64,000 bases of DNA from Patescibacteria group bacterium (GTDB taxonomy: Bacteria > Patescibacteriota > Patescibacteriia > JAXHNJ01): positions 210,741-274,740 of the forward strand of contig JBAZMP010000001.1 of the NCBI GenBank assembly GCA_041649715.1. Reading direction: 5' to 3'. A program made the translations under genes and the position numbers. Each line of letters opens with the position of its first letter. Within the stretch, counting starts at the first letter, position 1. The notes beneath the pieces are model-generated. The model had not been told where the DNA came from. It searched no databases and worked only from the letters and a program-made list of their open reading frames with translations. Shown piece after piece: positions 60,171 through 64,000 of the stretch.

Positions 60171-61355
60171 ATGACGGAAAAATTTGAACGGACTAAACCT
60201 CACGTGAATGTGGGCACCATCGGTCACGTCGACCATGGTAAAACCACCTTAACGGCGGCCATCTTAAAAACCCTGAAAGCCAGAGGTTTTAAGGCCCAGG
60301 ATAAGAGCGTGGATGACATCGATAATGCTCCGGAAGAGAAAGAAAGAGGCTTGACTATCGCCACTTCTCACGAAGAGTACGAGAGCGAAAAAAGGCACTA
60401 TGCGCATATTGATTGTCCGGGTCATGCCGATTATGTCAAGAACATGATCACCGGCGCGGCTCAGATGGACGGGGCAATTTTAGTCGTTAGCGCGGCGGAC
60501 GGTCCGATGCCTCAGACGCGCGAACATATTGTGCTCGCCCGTCAGGTCGGCGTACCGGCCATTGTCGTCTTTTTGAATAAAATAGATCAGGTTGAGGATA
60601 AAGAGCTGATCGATCTGGTGGAAGAGGAAGTGAAAGACCTGCTTAATAAATATGAATTTCCCGGCGACAAAACGCCTTTCATCAAAGGCTCGGCCCTAAA
60701 AGCCCTGGAAGGCGACAAGGCCGCCCAGGATACTATTATGGAACTGGTTAAGACTTTGGATGAATATATTCCCGAACCGAAGCGCGAAGTGGATAAGCCG
60801 TTCTTGATGCCGGTGGAAGATATTTTTTCCATTGAAGGCCGCGGCACTGTGGTCACCGGCAGAATAGAAAGAGGCGTGGTTAAATTAAACGACGAAGTGG
60901 AAATTGTCGGCATGGGACAGACGAAGAAGACAGTTGTGACTGGCATTGAAATGTTCAATAAATCATTGGACGAAGGGATGGCGGGTGATAATGCCGGTGT
61001 TTTGCTGCGGGGGATAAAAAAAGAAGAAGTGCAAAGAGGCCAGGTGGTGGTGAAGCCTGGTTCGGTCACGCCCCATACGGAATTTGATGGCGAGATCTAT
61101 GTTTTGACCAAAGAAGAAGGCGGTCGCCACACCCCGTTTTTCAAGGGTTACAAGCCTCAATTTTACATCCGGACGACCGATGTGACGGGTGAAGTAGAAT
61201 TGCCGGAAAAAACCGAAATGGTCATGCCGGGCGATACCATTAAATTAAAAGTTAAACTGGTGCAGCCGGTCGCGCTGGAAGAAAAACAGCGTTTTGCCAT
61301 CCGTGAAGGCGGTCATACCGTCGGTTCGGGTGTTGTCACTAAGATAATTAAGTAA
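60171..61355 (+). CDS. tuf: Elongation factor Tu
   Basis: 394 aa. [18 protein letters not shown]. Confidence 0.95.
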   Translation: MTEKFERTKPHVNVGTIGHVDHGKTTLTAAILKTLKARGFKAQDKSVDDIDNAPEEKERGLTIATSHEEYESEKRHYAHIDCPGHADYVKNMITGAAQMDGAILVVSAADGPMPQTREHIVLARQVGVPAIVVFLNKIDQVEDKELIDLVEEEVKDLLNKYEFPGDKTPFIKGSALKALEGDKAAQDTIMELVKTLDEYIPEPKREVDKPFLMPVEDIFSIEGRGTVVTGRIERGVVKLNDEVEIVGMGQTKKTVVTGIEMFNKSLDEGMAGDNAGVLLRGIKKEEVQRGQVVVKPGSVTPHTEFDGEIYVLTKEEGGRHTPFFKGYKPQFYIRTTDVTGEVELPEKTEMVMPGDTIKLKVKLVQPVALEEKQRFAIREGGHTVGSGVVTKIIK

Positions 61356-61391
61356 TAACTAAAATATTATAAATTAAATTTCGATCTTTCC

Positions 61392-61754
61392 ATGCCCGTT
61401 AAAAACAATGAAGAAAATGCGCCGGACAAGGGTGGCCATGATGAGGAAGTTCATCAGCGTATCCGTCTGAAAATTCGCGCCTATGACCATAAAATCATTG
61501 ATCAGTCGACCCGTAAGATAATTGACACGGTTTTTCGGTCGGGAGCGAAAGTTCGCGGACCGGTGCCTCTGCCGACCGAAAAGAGCCGCTATACGGTTAA
61601 TCGTTCATCTTTTGTCCACAAGGATTCGCGCGACCAGTATGAAATGCGCATTCATAAGCGTTTGATCGATATTATCGATCCGACGCCGAAAACGGTGGAC
61701 AGTCTGATGAATCTGAATTTGCCGGCGGGAGTGGATGTCGAAATAAAAATGTAA
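61392..61754 (+). CDS. rpsJ: 30S ribosomal protein uS10 (about 17-aa N-terminal extension)
   Basis: [17 protein letters not shown]...VRGPVPLPT. Confidence 0.9.
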   Translation: MPVKNNEENAPDKGGHDEEVHQRIRLKIRAYDHKIIDQSTRKIIDTVFRSGAKVRGPVPLPTEKSRYTVNRSSFVHKDSRDQYEMRIHKRLIDIIDPTPKTVDSLMNLNLPAGVDVEIKM

Positions 61755-61767
61755 TTTACAAGCAAAT

Positions 61768-61779
61768 ATTTACGTAAAT
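61768..61779. repeat. Palindrome ATTTACGTAAAT (copy 1), just after the rpsJ stop
   Basis: A perfect 12-nt palindrome in the context AATATTTACGTAAATA. Same motif at 63875..63886. Confidence 0.5.
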
Positions 61780-61928
61780 AGGTTCTGGGGATGATAATAA
61801 AGATTTTGGCCGTTAATCCCCGGATAACGATTTGCGAGACAAGATAAAAAACCGAGAAATCTATGCGGAGTTTATTTTGCTGGCAGTCTCGGTTTTTTGA
61901 TTAATTTATTGGCAAGCATCCAAAAAAG

Positions 61929-62627
61929 ATGAAATTCATACTCGGAAAAAAATTAGCCATGCGTAACTTTTTCAGCCCGACCGGCGAAATGACGGGCGTG
62001 ACCAAGATTCAGGCCGGTCCCTGCTTCGTTACGCAAGTTAAAACAGGCGAGGTGGACGGCTATCAAGCTGTTCAGCTGGGCTTTGAAGAAAAAAAGAGGA
62101 AGGAAAAAAATCCGGTCAAAGGCGATGCCAGGGATCGTAAAACTTGGCGGGCCCTAAGGGAGTTTCGGGTGGAAAAAACGGCTGATTATAAAAAAGGTCA
62201 AACCATGGATGTTTCCCTCTTTTTGCCCCAGGAATTAGTGACTGTTGTTTCTTTTTCCAAGGGAAAGGGATTTCAGGGCGTGATGAGAAGACATCATTTT
62301 CACGGCGCGCCGGCGACCCACGGGACAAAAGATCAGCACCGGATGCCGGGTTCAGCCGGCCCCACTTTTCCCCAGCACGTGATTAAGGGCCGGCGCATGC
62401 CTGGACGGATGGGTTTTGACCAAGTGACGGTCAAAAACTTGGAGATTGTAAAGGTAGAGCCGGAAAAAAACGAGATGTGGGTGAAGGGAGCGGTGCCCGG
62501 GCCATATAAGAGCTTGTTGCTTATTTCGGGAACCGGCGAGAAGGCTAAGGTCAAGCACGTAATAGAGGAAGTCGCGGAAGAGAAAGAAAAGAAAGAAAAA
62601 GGCAAGAAACCGGCAGCCAAAAAATAA
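61929..62627 (+). CDS. rplC: 50S ribosomal protein uL3 (Lys/Glu-rich C-terminal tail)
   Basis: 232 aa. uL3 core. C-terminal EEVAEEKEKKEKGKKPAAKK. Confidence 0.9.
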   Translation: MKFILGKKLAMRNFFSPTGEMTGVTKIQAGPCFVTQVKTGEVDGYQAVQLGFEEKKRKEKNPVKGDARDRKTWRALREFRVEKTADYKKGQTMDVSLFLPQELVTVVSFSKGKGFQGVMRRHHFHGAPATHGTKDQHRMPGSAGPTFPQHVIKGRRMPGRMGFDQVTVKNLEIVKVEPEKNEMWVKGAVPGPYKSLLLISGTGEKAKVKHVIEEVAEEKEKKEKGKKPAAKK

Positions 62628-62648
62628 TGATAATATCCTAAATACTAT

Positions 62649-63278
62649 ATGTTAAAAATAGAGGTTCTAAATACAGAGGGAAAAAAGGTAGGCGAAGAGA
62701 ATCTTGAAGCGAGGATCTTCGGCGTTAAACCTGACCCGGCTCTGATCGCCCAGGCGGTGCTGACGCATCAGGCCAATGCCCGAAAGTCGCTTGCCCACAC
62801 CAAGACGCGCAGCGAAGTCCGGGGCGGCGGCAGGAAACCTTGGAAGCAAAAAGGGACCGGCCGGGCCAGACAGGGCTCTATTCGTTCTCCTCTCTGGAAG
62901 GGGGGCGGCGTCACTTTCGGCCCCCGGAGCAACCGGAACTATTCCCTGAAAATGAATAAAAAAGCGAAAAGAAAAGCCCTCTTTATGTGTCTGTCGGATA
63001 AGTATAACCAGAAAAGAATAGTGGTTTTGGAAAAATTAAAACTTGAAAAACCCAAGACTAAAGAATTCATCAATATCATTAAAAATCTTCCGCTAAAAAA
63101 TAAGTTTATCATAATTTTGCCGCAAACAGATTTTAATATAATCAGAGCGACTAATAATATCAAAGTAACGCGATGTCTAAGGGCCGACAGCCTCAATATT
63201 TACGATCTTCTCCGTTTTGACCAGGTTTTAATGCCAAAAGAGAGCCTATCGGTCATTAATAAAACTTACTTAAAATAA
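62649..63278 (+). CDS. rplD: 50S ribosomal protein uL4
   Basis: 209 aa. KPWKQKGTGRARQGS motif. Confidence 0.9.
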   Translation: MLKIEVLNTEGKKVGEENLEARIFGVKPDPALIAQAVLTHQANARKSLAHTKTRSEVRGGGRKPWKQKGTGRARQGSIRSPLWKGGGVTFGPRSNRNYSLKMNKKAKRKALFMCLSDKYNQKRIVVLEKLKLEKPKTKEFINIIKNLPLKNKFIIILPQTDFNIIRATNNIKVTRCLRADSLNIYDLLRFDQVLMPKESLSVINKTYLK

Positions 63279-63281
63279 GCT

Positions 63282-63860
63282 ATGGGACTATTTGATAGGT
63301 TTAAAAAAGAAAAAATAACGAGCGGCGCTAAAGTTACAGATGATAAAAAGGAGAAAAACAAGGAGCGGGTGAAAAAGATAAAAGAGCAGGAAAAAGAACG
63401 GAGGAAGAAAGAGGAGGAAGCCAAAAAAAGACAGTTCCAGGCGGTCGGTTCCGCGGCCACGGGAAAAGTAGAGAAAAAATCCGCCGATAACAAGTCTTTG
63501 CGGCCGGAAAGCGAAAAAGGCGCCGGTAAAAAGACGGAAAAGGGCGAAGGTAAAAAAACGGTCAGCAAACTTGACACCAAGCAGGCGCCGCGCATCCTGA
63601 TCAAACCAATAATTTCTGAAAAAGCCACCTCTTTGGGCGTTTACAATCAGTATGTTTTCGCCGTAAGCGCCGCCGCCAATAAAATTGAAGTGAAAAAAGC
63701 GATCAAGAACTTATACGGAATAACGCCTTTTAAGGTAAACATCATCAATATCGGCGGCAAGGCCGTCCGCTATGGCCGAAGTTCCGGCCGGACAAAAAAT
63801 TGGAAAAAGGCCGTGGTCACATTGACGGCCGGGCAGAAGATTGATGTTTACAGCAGCTAA
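63282..63860 (+). CDS. rplW: 50S ribosomal protein uL23 with an ~95-aa Lys/Glu-rich N-terminal extension
   Basis: 192 aa. The C-terminal ~95 aa ([11 protein letters not shown]...[18 protein letters not shown]...) form the uL23 core. Confidence 0.85.
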   Translation: MGLFDRFKKEKITSGAKVTDDKKEKNKERVKKIKEQEKERRKKEEEAKKRQFQAVGSAATGKVEKKSADNKSLRPESEKGAGKKTEKGEGKKTVSKLDTKQAPRILIKPIISEKATSLGVYNQYVFAVSAAANKIEVKKAIKNLYGITPFKVNIINIGGKAVRYGRSSGRTKNWKKAVVTLTAGQKIDVYSS

Positions 63861-63874
63861 TTTTTAGACAATAT

Positions 63875-63886
63875 TTTTACGTAAAT
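63875..63886. repeat. Palindrome TTTTACGTAAAT (copy 2), just after the rplW stop
   Basis: AATATTTTTACGTAAATAAAA. Shares the perfect TTTACGTAAA core with copy 1. Confidence 0.5.
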
Positions 63887-63889
63887 AAA

Positions 63890-64000
63890 ATGGGGATAAA
63901 ATTATACAAACCAACAACCGCTGGCCGAAGAAAGGGTTCGGTCGTCGATTACAGCGAATTGACCGCCAAAAGGCCGGAAAAATCTTTAGTGAGGATTTGG
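63890..64000 (+). CDS. rplB: 50S ribosomal protein uL2 (3'-partial, runs off the window)
   Basis: [25 protein letters not shown]... Confidence 0.8.
   Translation, partial: MGIKLYKPTTAGRRKGSVVDYSELTAKRPEKSLVRIW

Overview
The gene content of this 64-kb window fits a small-genome, AT-rich bacterium, probably Candidate Phyla Radiation (Patescibacteria); that assignment is inferred from gene content only.

**Gene order:**
- 10-9797: a type IV secretion (T4SS)-like block. It holds a PrgI/VirB3-like membrane protein, a VirB4 ATPase, two paralogous proteins carrying a VirB2/TrbC pilin-like module (one fused to an M15/VanY-like peptidase, one to a Cys-rich domain), a TolB-like propeller, DsbA and other secreted or membrane proteins.
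- 9804-21500: radA, a TraR/DksA-like zinc finger, recG, tRNA-Arg, two tRNA-Ser, comF, a ClpC-like ATPase, htpX, a four-helix-bundle ('23S rRNA IVS protein') gene flanked by repeats, and lemA.
- 22187-31427: four large secreted Cys-rich/FN3 proteins that share an N-terminal motif; one ends in a Hint (intein-like) autoprocessing domain.
- 31509-45030: a complete type IV pilus locus with pilM, pilN, pilO, pilB, a CheY-like receiver, a PilT-like gene with degenerate catalytic motifs, pilC, the major pilin pilA, the prepilin peptidase pilD and five further pilin-like genes.
- 45030-49816: ligA, gatC, gatA, a second CheY-like receiver and ndk.
- 49857-54432: a DenV-like glycosylase, a MacB-type ABC pair, a GC-rich two-gene block, a NUDIX hydrolase, tRNA-Pro, and rpmB (below the ORF cut-off, so missing from the ORF track).
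- 54515-64000: a site-2 protease, then rpsL-rpsG-fusA-tuf with two inserted genes, followed by rpsJ, rplC, rplD, rplW and the start of rplB. Several of these ribosomal proteins carry Lys/Glu-rich extensions.

No rRNA, CRISPR array or transposase was seen.

**Most unusual:**
- The fusions of a T4SS pilin module to large C-terminal domains.
- The terminal Hint domain.
- The predicted ATPase-dead PilT.
- Leader-trailer helices extending the acceptor stems of two tRNAs.
- A compact, terminator-bounded transcription unit with a 40-codon ORF.
- A tRNA-like multi-hairpin fragment between the two tRNA-Ser genes.

All calls rest on motif recognition by eye; no searches were run.
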